A DNA stretch of 64,000 bases. It comes from a bacterium. GTDB taxonomy: Bacteria; Patescibacteriota; Minisyncoccia; UBA6257; MFKM01. Below the pieces are notes generated by a model. It ran no database searches, was not told the origin of the DNA, and worked only from the letters and a program-made list of their open reading frames with translations. Below, one piece after another: positions 1-8,966 of this stretch. The DNA lies in NCBI GenBank assembly GCA_030693325.1, contig JAUYAV010000019.1, positions 65,324-129,323 on the forward strand, read 5' to 3'. A program made the position numbers and the translations under genes. Positions within the stretch are counted from its first letter, which is position 1, and every line of letters starts with the position of its first letter.

Positions 1-48
1 AGACAAAAAGGCCTATGACAAGCAGGTGAATTTGATAGAATAAAAAAA

Positions 49-123
49 GCCGGGTTAGCTCAGTGGCAGAGCGCTTCCCTGAAGAGGAAGGCGTACCCAG
101 TTCGATTCTGGGACCCGGCACCA
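49..123 (+). tRNA. tRNA-Phe (anticodon GAA), CCA encoded
   Basis: Cloverleaf folds by hand: acceptor GCCGGGT/ACCCGGC, anticodon loop CTGAAGA, T-loop TTCGATT, CCA at 121-123. Confidence 0.85.
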
Positions 124-130
124 ATAAAAA

Positions 131-158
131 AGTCCCGATAAAAACGGGACTTTAAAAA
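131..158 (+). terminator. Rho-independent terminator hairpin (gtcccg..cgggac followed by T/A run); reads as a hairpin on both strands
   Basis: 6-bp GC-rich stem, 7-nt loop, then T run. Confidence 0.55.
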
Positions 159-275
159 TGGTGGGGGAGCGTGAATCAGAACGTCTTTTCTTTCCTAAGG
201 GAAAGGAAGTGCGCCGATGGCGGCAAAAAATAAATTTTCCATCGGTTTTCAAACCTTAGGGAAGAAAGCTCCCCC
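159..275 (-). other. Rod-like structured element; on the minus strand it reads 5'-GGGGGAG...CTCCCCC-A-CCA-3' (tRNA-like acceptor pairing plus CCA) enclosing nested stems
   Basis: 7-bp terminal pairing GGGGGAG/CTCCCCC, inner stem TTTCTTCCCTAAGG/CCTTAGGAAAGAAA, apical hairpin CCGATGG/CCATCGG; no tRNA cloverleaf, not tmRNA or SRP-like. Confidence 0.25.
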
Positions 276-367
276 AAAAAAGAACATATTTTCAAAGAGC
301 GTACTTTTACGTAGGTTAAACAATTTTTTTATTCTTGTCAATTCTGTTAATATATTTATATTGAAGC

Positions 368-440
368 CGCCCCTATAGTTCAACGGATAGAATGCAAGCT
401 TGCGGAGCTTGAAATGTAGGTTCGATTCCTACTGGGGGCA
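368..440 (+). tRNA. tRNA-Arg (anticodon GCG); no CCA encoded
   Basis: Acceptor GCCCCTA/TGGGGGC, anticodon stem CAAGC/GCTTG, loop TTGCGGA, T-arm GTAGG-TTCGATT-CCTAC. Confidence 0.7.
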
Positions 441-447
441 CAAAATT

Positions 448-484
448 AAAAGGCGATGCCTGGCGCCAGGCATCGCCTTTTAAT
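448..484 (+). terminator. Strong rho-independent terminator (GGCGATGCCTGG/CCAGGCATCGCC perfect stem, then T run)
   Basis: 11-12 bp perfect GC-rich stem followed by TTTTAATTTTT. Confidence 0.7.
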
Positions 485-493
485 TTTTATCAG

Positions 494-533
494 TGCTCCC
501 GAGAGGATTTGAACCTCTAACCCTTACGGGAAA
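494..533 (-). pseudogene. 3' portion of a tRNA-Leu-like gene (variable arm, T-arm, acceptor 3' strand CGGGAGC, discriminator A). It is not joined to any 5' half here.
   Basis: 31 nt are identical to the intact tRNA-Leu(CAG) at 57851-57881. Its acceptor strand is complementary to the 5' fragment at 1333-1339. Confidence 0.6.
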
Positions 534-548
534 CCCCGCACAAGTGAG

Positions 549-630
549 TGGGCGAGGCGGGATTCGAACCCGCACTCCTTTCGGAACACGGTTCTAAGCC
601 GTGCGCCTATACCAATTCGGCTACTCGCCC
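549..630 (-). tRNA. tRNA-Leu (anticodon UAG), type II with long variable arm
   Basis: Acceptor GGGCGAG/CTCGCCC, anticodon stem CACGG/CCGTG, loop CTTAGAA, variable hairpin TCC-GAAA-GGA, T-arm GCGGG-TTCGAAT-CCCGC. Confidence 0.85.
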
Positions 631-1292
631 AAAAATTGCTTAGCTATTACATATTTTCTTTCCAAATAATTCTCTACTTTAGGATAATACATAAAATTTA
701 ATAATTTAATAGAGTCGGCTTTCGCATAAGCTAATACATAAATATCACTTTTCATTTCAATCCACCCTCCTTTAATTTTAAATTGATTGAAAATTTTATT
801 CTTTATCCAATTTAAAAATAATGGACTTGCCGAAAATAATCTGGTTCGTAGTTGAATATGTTTACTTTCGGGATGCGAAGCGATACTAATATTTCCGTCA
901 CCATCAATACACCCTCTAAGAAAATCAGCAAAATATTCGTCGGGTATATTTAGAGAGCCGATGGTCTTTGATTTAGCGGGGGTTAATCCTAATGATAATA
1001 AAAATTCATAAAAATTTTTGTCACCAAATTGGACTTGAAAATATTTTTTAATTTTTGATTTTTCACGGGTTTTACGCCCAATTCTATTTTTAAGCCCCAA
1101 GCATTTTTTAAAAGTTAAAATCATATCTTTGTCCTTTGAAGTCATGTTTAAATGCCGACCGTCTTTAGATAAATTCCCATCGGTTGCGATAAGGCCTATT
1201 GCATAAGCAAAGTTAGGAGACCATTCTATTAGTACTTTGTTTAATCGTTTCATTATTATGTCAATTATACTAAACCACATAGCGTTTGCCAA
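621..1292 (-). CDS. Double-motif LAGLIDADG homing endonuclease (223 aa; TTG start at 1292, or the internal ATG four codons later)
   Basis: Two motifs: YAIGLIATDGNLS and FLRGCIDGDGNIS. The stop codon TAG is nt 8-10 of tRNA-Leu(UAG). Confidence 0.85.
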   Translation of the reverse strand: MANAMWFSIIDIIMKRLNKVLIEWSPNFAYAIGLIATDGNLSKDGRHLNMTSKDKDMILTFKKCLGLKNRIGRKTREKSKIKKYFQVQFGDKNFYEFLLSLGLTPAKSKTIGSLNIPDEYFADFLRGCIDGDGNISIASHPESKHIQLRTRLFSASPLFLNWIKNKIFNQFKIKGGWIEMKSDIYVLAYAKADSIKLLNFMYYPKVENYLERKYVIAKQFLGE

Positions 1293-1313
1293 TGTTCGAG
1301 TGTTTTAATTATT

Positions 1314-1339
1314 GTGCCTGCCAGTTCCGCCACGGGAGC
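1314..1339 (-). pseudogene. 5' portion of a tRNA-Leu-like gene (acceptor GCTCCCG, then TG and the D-arm 5' part) lying directly upstream of the LAGLIDADG ORF
   Basis: 15 nt (tgccagttccgccac) are identical to intact tRNA-Leu(CAG). Its acceptor is perfectly complementary to the 3' fragment at 495-501. Confidence 0.55.
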
Positions 1340-1458
1340 TTTAATTTGACAATTTATAAATTTTATGCTATTTTTATAACTGTTTCAAGATGAGAATGTT
1401 TTTTATTTTGAAACGAGTTCTTTAATAATTTTATAAAAGAAAAACTGTAAAAGAAAGG

Positions 1459-2541
1459 ATGGTGGTTGAAATGGGTATTTTTTTAATGTTTTTGTGGATA
1501 GCAGTAGGACTGAGTATTTGGTTTCAAGGATTAAGGAAGATTCCAGCTGACCCGCCATGCGTTGCCTTGATTACTTTTTTCGGGAAACCTATTCCAGAAT
1601 ACAAAGAGGCAGGATGGCGATTCTTTTTTCTGTACCCATTTATTTTTGGATACATCCTGATAGATGTTTCCAAAAAAAATAGCACGGAAAAAGAAATATC
1701 TAGCCAATTGGTAAGGGCTCCGGATTTTGCGGAATTTTTAGTGCCCTTAGAAATCACCTGGACTCCAATGAAAGATGGACAGGCTTTGATAGAATATATC
1801 AAGTCAAAAAAAGAAAAAGGAGTCTGGGAGATTTTGGCCGGTATTGTGGCTCAGCGTCTCCGGGAGTGGGCTATTTCTTCAATTGAAGGACCACAAGATG
1901 GGGAAGCATTACTAAAAGCCGGAGATGATGCCGTAGCTATTTTAATAAAGGCAATCGCTGGCAACGCTTTGTCCCCAATTCCCGGGCCATTTCCTACCCA
2001 AATTCTCCTGCATTATTTTAAAGTTCCTCGGCCTTCGGTTAGGCCGGAAGAGAAAAAAATTGCTGGAAAAAATTGGGAAAAATTGGAAGAGGAATTACGG
2101 AAACTACCACCGGGGTTGGTTACAACTATCAAAACTGAAGTGGAAAAAAGAAGGGATGGAATCAACGATATTAGGAACGGCAACGGGAAACAGGCTATTT
2201 CGCATTTAGGAATAGAGCTGAAAAGGTTAAACATCGGAGAAATAAAGGCCACCGGGAAATATGGTGAATCCCTGGAGTCAAAAGCAAAGGAGGAGCGGGA
2301 GAGAAAATCCGAAACATTAGAAATCCAACATGTTGCTGACACCGTTGATAGATTAAAAAAACAGTTGGGAGTTTCCAATGAAACGGCCTTAGAAATTCTC
2401 CAGACCGAACGCGGCAAGGTGACAAAGAGCATCAGCGAGAATAAATGGAATATTTCGCCGGAAACCAGGGCGATGATTGAAAAAATCGCGCCAGAAATAT
2501 TAGCTGGGTTTCTGAAAAAGTTTACGAAAGGAGGTAAATAA
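1459..2541 (+). CDS. SPFH/band-7 (stomatin/HflK-like) membrane protein with coiled-coil C-terminus
   Basis: N-terminal TM segment, then an SPFH-like pattern (FGKPIPEYKEAGWRFFFLYPFI...VDVS...LVRAPDF). Confidence 0.5.
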   Translation: MVVEMGIFLMFLWIAVGLSIWFQGLRKIPADPPCVALITFFGKPIPEYKEAGWRFFFLYPFIFGYILIDVSKKNSTEKEISSQLVRAPDFAEFLVPLEITWTPMKDGQALIEYIKSKKEKGVWEILAGIVAQRLREWAISSIEGPQDGEALLKAGDDAVAILIKAIAGNALSPIPGPFPTQILLHYFKVPRPSVRPEEKKIAGKNWEKLEEELRKLPPGLVTTIKTEVEKRRDGINDIRNGNGKQAISHLGIELKRLNIGEIKATGKYGESLESKAKEERERKSETLEIQHVADTVDRLKKQLGVSNETALEILQTERGKVTKSISENKWNISPETRAMIEKIAPEILAGFLKKFTKGGK

Positions 2542-2542
2542 A

Positions 2543-2947
2543 TTGGCTGACGGATCTGCAGCGAAAGATAAGGGAGTTTCTAAATGGCTTTGGTGGATTC
2601 CGGTTTTACTAGCAGTAATCGGATTAGTGACAATAATAGGTGTCTCGAATTCGAAACGGACCGTCGGTTCTACTTCCTACCGGATTGCGGCTGACACTCA
2701 AAACATCTGGCCTCGCATTGGAGAAACAGTGAAAGTAAAAATCTATCCCGATCGTTTGTCAGGATGGATTAATCTTCCTCCGGGCAGGAAATTCGTAATT
2801 GATGCCCCAGGGGAAATTGAATATTTTTTTTGGACTGGCGAACGTATTCTTATCAAAAATAAGAATACGGAATGGTTAGGGAAAGTTCCTAACTGTTCTT
2901 TCCGACTCCGAGGAACAGCAGGCGAAGCCACTATCAGTATTCAGTAA
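2543..2947 (+). CDS. Small membrane protein, possibly an NfeD-like partner of the SPFH protein (TTG start, translationally coupled)
   Basis: SD sequence aaaggaggt; start 2 nt after the upstream stop; N-terminal TM segment. Confidence 0.35.
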   Translation: MADGSAAKDKGVSKWLWWIPVLLAVIGLVTIIGVSNSKRTVGSTSYRIAADTQNIWPRIGETVKVKIYPDRLSGWINLPPGRKFVIDAPGEIEYFFWTGERILIKNKNTEWLGKVPNCSFRLRGTAGEATISIQ

Positions 2948-2951
2948 CTAA

Positions 2952-2990
2952 AGCCCCGTTAGATAAATTATCTAACGGGGCTTCTTTTTA
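2952..2990. terminator. Bidirectional terminator between convergent genes (agccccgttagata/tatctaacggggct stem)
   Basis: 14-bp perfect stem, 3-nt loop, T run. Confidence 0.65.
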
Positions 2991-3012
2991 CTAAAAATTA
3001 TTTAATTAAAGT

Positions 3013-3354
3013 TTAGGCACCGATTAATTGTCGGACGATGAATTCAACGCCTTTGGCGATTAAACCGACACCGATTGCCACGGCCGCGTAAATCAACTGA
3101 TTCGCGGCTGATTTGGTTTTTTCAGGATCTCCGGCGCTACCCAGATAACTGAAAGCCGCCATCATAATGAAGATTACAGCAAGAAGCAAAAGAATGGTGA
3201 AAATCCAATTGATGACGGTATTAAGAATGCGGAGGATGTCTTCAATATGAGTGATCGGAGTCGGGGCCGTCTGGATGCCTTGGGCTAAAACTAAAGTCGG
3301 CAAACCGATTAAAGATATTAACAAAATAGCGCTTTTTAATTGTTTTATTTTCAT
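3013..3354 (-). CDS. TrbC/VirB2-like small pilin-family membrane protein (paralog 3 of 3)
   Basis: Signal peptide, then hydrophobic helix, an SAGDPEK loop and a second hydrophobic helix; tandem paralogs. Confidence 0.45.
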   Translation of the reverse strand: MKIKQLKSAILLISLIGLPTLVLAQGIQTAPTPITHIEDILRILNTVINWIFTILLLLAVIFIMMAAFSYLGSAGDPEKTKSAANQLIYAAVAIGVGLIAKGVEFIVRQLIGA

Positions 3355-3385
3355 ATTTTATTTTTGTCTTTCGACCTTTTTACTA

Positions 3386-3754
3386 TTAACCGCCTAAAAG
3401 TTGCTGGATGATCGAGGTGATTCCCCAGGATATCAAGATTATACCATAACCGACGCAAGTCCAGAGAATCATTTGCTGAGCGCTTTTTATATTTTCGGGA
3501 TTATCACCGGCCGTTAAAATTTTAAAAGCGGCAAAAAGAATCATTATGGTGACAATCGGCGGAGCGATATAAACGCTCAAAGAGTAAGCGATACTGTTGA
3601 TTATCTGGCTGATACTTTCCACTCCCAAAGGATTAGGAATGGTAAAGCCGCCTCCTTGGTTGCCGCTTGGCGTTGTGCCCCCAGAGCGAGTCTGCGCCAA
3701 AACTTTATTAATCCCAAAAACAGCCGCGTATATTTTTATTAAAAGATAATTCAT
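3386..3754 (-). CDS. TrbC/VirB2-like small pilin-family membrane protein (paralog 2 of 3)
   Basis: Same architecture with a TAGDNPEN loop. Confidence 0.45.
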   Translation of the reverse strand: MNYLLIKIYAAVFGINKVLAQTRSGGTTPSGNQGGGFTIPNPLGVESISQIINSIAYSLSVYIAPPIVTIMILFAAFKILTAGDNPENIKSAQQMILWTCVGYGIILISWGITSIIQQLLGG

Positions 3755-3769
3755 AATCTTATTTTAACA

Positions 3770-4102
3770 TTAACACTTAATCGTGTACCATGGCCAGTTG
3801 AGTCCACCGGTCATTAAATTGAGAAAAGTGTTAAGAATCACCCAGGCGCTTAGCATAATGACTATTCCGATAATCGCCGAAAAAATGATACCCTGACTTT
3901 CTTTGAGTTTACTCGGATTGCCGCTGTTTATTATCATCATTATTCCGCCGAAAATTATAAAGGCAACGGCCAAAGGAAAGGCGATGTCTTGCGTCAAAAA
4001 ATTAATTATTTTTTGTCCAAATTGTAAAAAATCGCACCAAGTGCAACTGGTTCCGGAGCATTCGGGCGCAAGTTTAGCGAAAAATAAAACATTCAATAAC
4101 AT
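3770..4102 (-). CDS. TrbC/VirB2-like small pilin-family membrane protein (paralog 1 of 3)
   Basis: Same architecture (NSGNPSK loop); its start abuts the stop of the SBP gene. Confidence 0.45.
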   Translation of the reverse strand: MLLNVLFFAKLAPECSGTSCTWCDFLQFGQKIINFLTQDIAFPLAVAFIIFGGIMMIINSGNPSKLKESQGIIFSAIIGIVIMLSAWVILNTFLNLMTGGLNWPWYTIKC

Positions 4103-5413
4103 TTATCGTTGCATTAATTGGGTAATTTGGGCTTCAGCTTGGTTAATGGCGCTTTTCGCCGTTTGTTTGCCGCTTATCACTGATTCTATCATATCCGAAA
4201 AAATTGTTTCTATTTGGTCGCTGTCAATTTGGGGCCAGGATTTGGCGGTCAGGGCCTGTTTGGCAAAAACGCCTAACGCCGAGTCATTGATATATTTTTG
4301 AATCAGAGATCTTAAGGCCGGCGGATTATTGGTTTGCTGGAGATAGTTTTCCGCGTTGGTTTGATTGGTTGTTAAAAGAAGAATGAAATCCCAGGCTAAA
4401 TCCGAATTGGAACTTTTATTGGAAACTGTATAGCCCCGGTAATTGGCGTAATTTACCGGGTTTGTTTGGTCGTTTTGAGGCGCCGGCGCCACGGCGAAAT
4501 TCAAAAAAGGATTTTTGGTTTTAATATATGAAAGCTGATAGGCATAATTGAAAATCATCGCAACCGAACCTTCGGCAAAAGCATCCAGGGAATAATGAAG
4601 AGTATCGTTCCAGGCATAATCAAAATTTATTGGATTAGTGAAATGGGTGTAAAAATTCAAAGCGGTTAAGCCCGGTGAACTGCCGCCGGTCGTAGTTTGG
4701 CTGAAAGTGGCTCGGGTGAAATTACTGTCAACCATCTGGGCGCCGGCTTGAAGCATTAAAAGATTTAAAAGGTCGGTTGCTCGGTTGATGCTTTTATCAG
4801 AACCGCCGATGGCGGCTCCGGCCCGGCTGATTTTTCCGATTTTATCCAGAACTCTTACCGCGGGAATAATGTTTTGAAATTCCGTCCAGTTGGTCGGGAC
4901 CAAAGCTATTCCGCTTTGATTAAAAATGTCTTTGTTGTAAATAAGCGTTATAGTGTCGATAGAAAGAGGAAAAGCGTAGATAAGTTTGTTGTCGGTAAAA
5001 TCTTCTTTGACCACTTCGGGGAAAAGCTGGTCTGTGTAAGTTGCCAGGTTCAATTTTTCCTGGGGCAAAGGTGAAATTTTATCATAATGTTTCGGCAGCC
5101 AGGTGTTATGAATCATAAAAATATCCGGCCCTTTGCCGGCCGCCAAAGCGTTAATTAATTCATTTTCGTAAGTACCGGGGTCAAACTGGCGATAATTTAT
5201 CCTGATTCCGGAATGAAGATTCTGGAATTGATCAATAACGTTTCGGTAAGCGCTTTTTTGGTCATATACCCCCCAAAATTCTAAAGTGGCTTGAAGTTTT
5301 GTTTTAGTTGCCGGCCGCATTCCCGGAATAACCCCCAAAAAGACGAGAATAAAAAATAAAATTACAACTCCGACGACACTGACGATGATTAATTGATTGC
5401 GAGATAATTTCAT
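4103..5413 (-). CDS. Extracellular solute-binding protein, family 1 (sugar ABC-type SBP); no permease or ATPase adjacent
   Basis: N-terminal TM/signal segment and SBP_bac_1-like sequence. Confidence 0.65.
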   Translation of the reverse strand: MKLSRNQLIIVSVVGVVILFFILVFLGVIPGMRPATKTKLQATLEFWGVYDQKSAYRNVIDQFQNLHSGIRINYRQFDPGTYENELINALAAGKGPDIFMIHNTWLPKHYDKISPLPQEKLNLATYTDQLFPEVVKEDFTDNKLIYAFPLSIDTITLIYNKDIFNQSGIALVPTNWTEFQNIIPAVRVLDKIGKISRAGAAIGGSDKSINRATDLLNLLMLQAGAQMVDSNFTRATFSQTTTGGSSPGLTALNFYTHFTNPINFDYAWNDTLHYSLDAFAEGSVAMIFNYAYQLSYIKTKNPFLNFAVAPAPQNDQTNPVNYANYRGYTVSNKSSNSDLAWDFILLLTTNQTNAENYLQQTNNPPALRSLIQKYINDSALGVFAKQALTAKSWPQIDSDQIETIFSDMIESVISGKQTAKSAINQAEAQITQLMQR

Positions 5414-5451
5414 TATATTGATTTTAAATTATTTATTAAATTATTGCGAGG

Positions 5452-5515
5452 TCTTAATTACTCAATTACTTAATTACCGTAATTACAGTAATTGCGGTAA
5501 TTACTGTAATTATTT
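5452..5515. repeat. Tandem array of about 7 units of the palindromic octamer GTAATTAC (period 8-9 bp); copy A of three in the window
   Basis: cttaattactcaattacttaattaccgtaattacagtaattgcggtaattactgtaattatt. Confidence 0.85.
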
Positions 5516-7931
5516 ATATTGTAATCATTCCCACTAATTTGTCGCCTGGATCAAGGTTCATGATTTTTACGCCTTGAGTGGCCCGGCCTACCAAGCGAAT
5601 ACTGCTAATTTCGGTTTTCAAGATTTGGCCTTTCGCGGAAATCGCCAAAATTTCTTCGGCTTCGTCAATGATTTGTCCGGCGATTATCGGCCCGGTTTTG
5701 GAAGTGATTTTGGCGGTTTTAATTCCCGAACCGGAACGGCTCTGAATTCGGTATTGTTTTATGCTGGTTTGTTTGGCGAACCCGTTAGCCATCACCACTA
5801 ACAATCGCTGGTCTTTCGCTTCTTTTTTAATTATATCAATTCCGCTGACAAAATCGCCTTTTTTAAGTCTGATGGCTTTTACTCCGCTGGCGGTTCGGCC
5901 CATAGCTCGGACTTGTTTTTCGGGAAAACGGATAGCCTGCCCCAAAGCCGTGGCTAAAATAATTTCATCATGGCCGGAGGAAAGTTTAACCCATTTCAAA
6001 AGATCGTCTTTTTTGAGGTTAATGGCGATTAAGCCGTTGCGGCGGATGTTGGCGAAATCATCCGGCGTTGATTTTTTAATAACCCCGTTTTTGGTGGCCA
6101 TTACCAGAAACGCCGAGGCGTGATTTTTAGGATAACTGATTATGGCGCTGATTTTTTCTTCGGTCGAGAGGTCTAAGAAATTATAAATTGATTTGCCTTT
6201 GGATGTTCGGCTTGCTTGGGGAATTTCATAGGCCTTGGTTTGAAAAACCCGGCCGCGGTCGGTGAAAAACAAAACGCTGTCGTGGCTTTTGGCCGTCAGA
6301 ATTTGAGTGATAAAATCTTCTTCTTTCAGATCAAAGCCGATAAGTCCTTTGCCGCCGCGTTTCTGGCTCCGGAAACTGTCTGGCGCCAATCGTTTAATGT
6401 AACTGGCTTGGCTTAAAGTGATAATATTGTCTTCCTGGGGGATGAGATCTTCCTCGCGATATTCTTTGACTTCGGTGCTGATGATTTTGCTCCGCCGCGG
6501 ATTGTCAAAATTATTTTTTAATTCGGTTAATTCGGTTTTGATGATTTTCAAAATTTCTTTGGGATTTTTCAAAATGAATTGGAGGTCGGCAATCAGTTTC
6601 TTTTTTTCTTTTAATTCGTCTTCAAGTTTTTGGCGTTCCAGGGCGGCCAGGGTTTGAAGCCGCATTTCTAAAATAGCGTTGGCTTGAATGTCGCTGAATT
6701 TGAATTTTTTAACCAGATTTTCGCGGGCGGTTTCGCGGTCTTTTGATTTTTTAATAGTAGCGATGACTTCGTCTATTGAATCCAGGGCTTTTACTAAGCC
6801 GGTCAGAATATGCGCCCGTTCCTCGGCTTTTTTTAAATCAAACTCGGTTCTTTTTTTAATGACCTCCTGGCGGTATTTTATCCAGGCGCCAAGAATGTCT
6901 TTCAGGGACAACACTCGCGGTTGAATACCGTCAACCAAAGCCAGCATATTCAAATAAAACTCTTTTTGAAGGTCGGTGTGTTTGTAAAGAAAATTAAGAA
7001 TTTTTTGGGGATTAACGTCGCTTTTCAATTCAATGACGATTCTCAGCCCTTCTCTGTCGCTTTCATCTCTAATATCTTTAATGCCTTCAATTTTTTTATC
7101 CTGGACAAGGTCGGCGATTTTAATGATGAGCTCTGACTTATTCACCTGATAAGGAATCTCGGTGATTATAATGTCAAACTGTTTTTCTTTGCGTTCCTGA
7201 ATATCAGCCCTTGCCTGCATAGTGACTGAGCCCTTGCCCAAAGCATAGGTTTCGGCGATTGATTTGTTATAAATATAGCCGCCGGTCGGGAAATCAGGAC
7301 CAGGCACGATTTTTACCAAATCTTTTATTTCGGCCTGGGGATTATCAATTAAATATTTGGTCGCCTCAATTATTTCTCCTAAATTGTGGGGCGGGATATT
7401 AGTCATCATCCCGACAGCGATGCCGTAGGTTCCGTTGACCAAAAGATTCGGGAATTTGGCGGGCAGGACTTTCGGCTCCAGCCGGGTATTGTCATAATTC
7501 GGCTGCCAATCAACAGTTTCTTTCTCAATATCAACTAATAATTCTTCGGCAATTTTTGAAAGCTTAGCTTCGGTGTACCGGTAAGCCGCCGCGGAATCTC
7601 CGTCAATAGAACCGAAGTTTCCCTGTCCGTTAATTAACGGGTATCTTTGGGAAAAATCTTGGGCCATCCGTACTAAGGCATCGTAAACCGCAATATCGCC
7701 GTGAGGGTGATAACGGCCCAAAACCGAACCGATGATCGTGGCTGATTTCCGGAATTTGGCATCGCTTCTCAGGCCGTCTTCAAGCATGGCGTAGAGAATC
7801 CGGCGATGAACCGGTTTTAATCCGTCTCTGACGTCAGGCAAGGCCCGCGAAATAATAACTGAAAGGGCGTAATCCAAATAACATTCCTGAAGTTCGCTGG
7901 TAATTTCTTTTTTTTCTATTTTTTCCGGCAT
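5514..7931 (-). CDS. gyrA: DNA gyrase subunit A
   Basis: [21 protein letters not shown] and [18 protein letters not shown]. Confidence 0.95.
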   Translation of the reverse strand: MPEKIEKKEITSELQECYLDYALSVIISRALPDVRDGLKPVHRRILYAMLEDGLRSDAKFRKSATIIGSVLGRYHPHGDIAVYDALVRMAQDFSQRYPLINGQGNFGSIDGDSAAAYRYTEAKLSKIAEELLVDIEKETVDWQPNYDNTRLEPKVLPAKFPNLLVNGTYGIAVGMMTNIPPHNLGEIIEATKYLIDNPQAEIKDLVKIVPGPDFPTGGYIYNKSIAETYALGKGSVTMQARADIQERKEKQFDIIITEIPYQVNKSELIIKIADLVQDKKIEGIKDIRDESDREGLRIVIELKSDVNPQKILNFLYKHTDLQKEFYLNMLALVDGIQPRVLSLKDILGAWIKYRQEVIKKRTEFDLKKAEERAHILTGLVKALDSIDEVIATIKKSKDRETARENLVKKFKFSDIQANAILEMRLQTLAALERQKLEDELKEKKKLIADLQFILKNPKEILKIIKTELTELKNNFDNPRRSKIISTEVKEYREEDLIPQEDNIITLSQASYIKRLAPDSFRSQKRGGKGLIGFDLKEEDFITQILTAKSHDSVLFFTDRGRVFQTKAYEIPQASRTSKGKSIYNFLDLSTEEKISAIISYPKNHASAFLVMATKNGVIKKSTPDDFANIRRNGLIAINLKKDDLLKWVKLSSGHDEIILATALGQAIRFPEKQVRAMGRTASGVKAIRLKKGDFVSGIDIIKKEAKDQRLLVVMANGFAKQTSIKQYRIQSRSGSGIKTAKITSKTGPIIAGQIIDEAEEILAISAKGQILKTEISSIRLVGRATQGVKIMNLDPGDKLVGMITI

Positions 7932-7938
7932 ATTTTAT

Positions 7939-8301
7939 TTATTGAGTTGAAGTGGCATTTAAGATTCCCGGGGAACTGGTTGTGAAATTAGGGTTATCGG
8001 TTTCAACGGAGATTTTGCGAGCCGCGGTGATCAATTCTTTTATTTGGCCGACAATTGTTTTAAAACCGGTTATAAAAACTTGCCAGGAGGATTCTTTTGG
8101 CGTTTGAGCCGAAGATTGATTATCAGCCGGTTCGGTTGCCGCGGCCTGGTCCGAGTTAATAATTGTTTTATTAAAATAAATCGCCCAGAAGCTGATTATT
8201 AAAATCATAGCGATAGCGCTTAAAATAAAAAGCCAGTGTTTTTTTTTGGTTTCATCGGCCGCTTGAATATTTTGAAGGATTTTTCTTAAATTTTTAAGCA
8301 T
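7939..8301 (-). CDS. Hypothetical membrane protein
   Basis: ORF with an N-terminal TM helix. Confidence 0.4.
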   Translation of the reverse strand: MLKNLRKILQNIQAADETKKKHWLFILSAIAMILIISFWAIYFNKTIINSDQAAATEPADNQSSAQTPKESSWQVFITGFKTIVGQIKELITAARKISVETDNPNFTTSSPGILNATSTQ

Positions 8302-8879
8302 CCGATTATTAGTTTTTCCTTGGAAAGATCTTTTTTGCCGATGGTCAGTTTTTCCTGGGGTTCCACGCCGTTTTGGCCCAGTTCTTCAAGAAAAGATTTT
8401 ATATCCTTGAAATTTTCAAAAAGAGTCGGGACAATCAAACTCGGTTTTAACTGCCGGATTAATTTAGCCGCCGCCGCTTTCTCAATGAACGGCTTGCCGC
8501 CGGCCGGCACGAAAATAATATCAGCGTCTTCCAGGTATTCCTGGATTTTTTTGATTTCATTTTCTTCGGCCAGATGACCCAATAAAACAATTTTAAGGTC
8601 GTCAATTTCTATTGAATAAACCGACCTCAAATCTTTACCCGGTAAAGACCAGCCATTTATAGAAACATTTTTAATTTCGTATTCCCCGGGATAACTGATT
8701 TCAAAGGCCTCGGCCGGCTTGTTCTGTTCATTTGACAAGGGAGCGATGGTTTTGATAATAATATCGGCTCGGCCCCGAAAAGGAGCGAGATCGCCTTCCT
8801 TTTCAAAAGGGTCGGTGACAATAACCAAATCTCCGCTCTGGAGTTTAAAACAATTTTTTCCGTACCAAGTAATGACCAT
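8286..8879 (-). CDS. MBL-fold metal-dependent hydrolase-like protein (UPF0173-like)
   Basis: MVITWYGKNCFKL N-terminus typical of the family. Confidence 0.55.
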   Translation of the reverse strand: MVITWYGKNCFKLQSGDLVIVTDPFEKEGDLAPFRGRADIIIKTIAPLSNEQNKPAEAFEISYPGEYEIKNVSINGWSLPGKDLRSVYSIEIDDLKIVLLGHLAEENEIKKIQEYLEDADIIFVPAGGKPFIEKAAAAKLIRQLKPSLIVPTLFENFKDIKSFLEELGQNGVEPQEKLTIGKKDLSKEKLIIGCLKI

Positions 8880-8966
8880 AATTTTATTTAGAACTTTTAT
8901 TATATTGTATCCTTACTTGCTTTTCAACTAAAGATTGTTAGAATTAGTCATTAGACGTCAAAAAAT

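Noticed and set aside
159-290. tmRNA (ssrA) or SRP RNA
   Set aside because: The element is too short for tmRNA (about 115 nt versus about 350) and has no tag-peptide ORF or tRNA-like T-arm. There is no SRP domain-IV GNAR tetraloop or AGCAGCC motif on either strand.
1524-2432. Antisense ORFs inside the SPFH gene (1524..1802, 2013..2432, 2195..2425) and many similar antisense ORFs inside gyrA, clpB, ileS and the large adhesin
   Set aside because: They are embedded antisense in well-supported long genes, with low-complexity or odd composition and no RBS. These are typical shadow ORFs.
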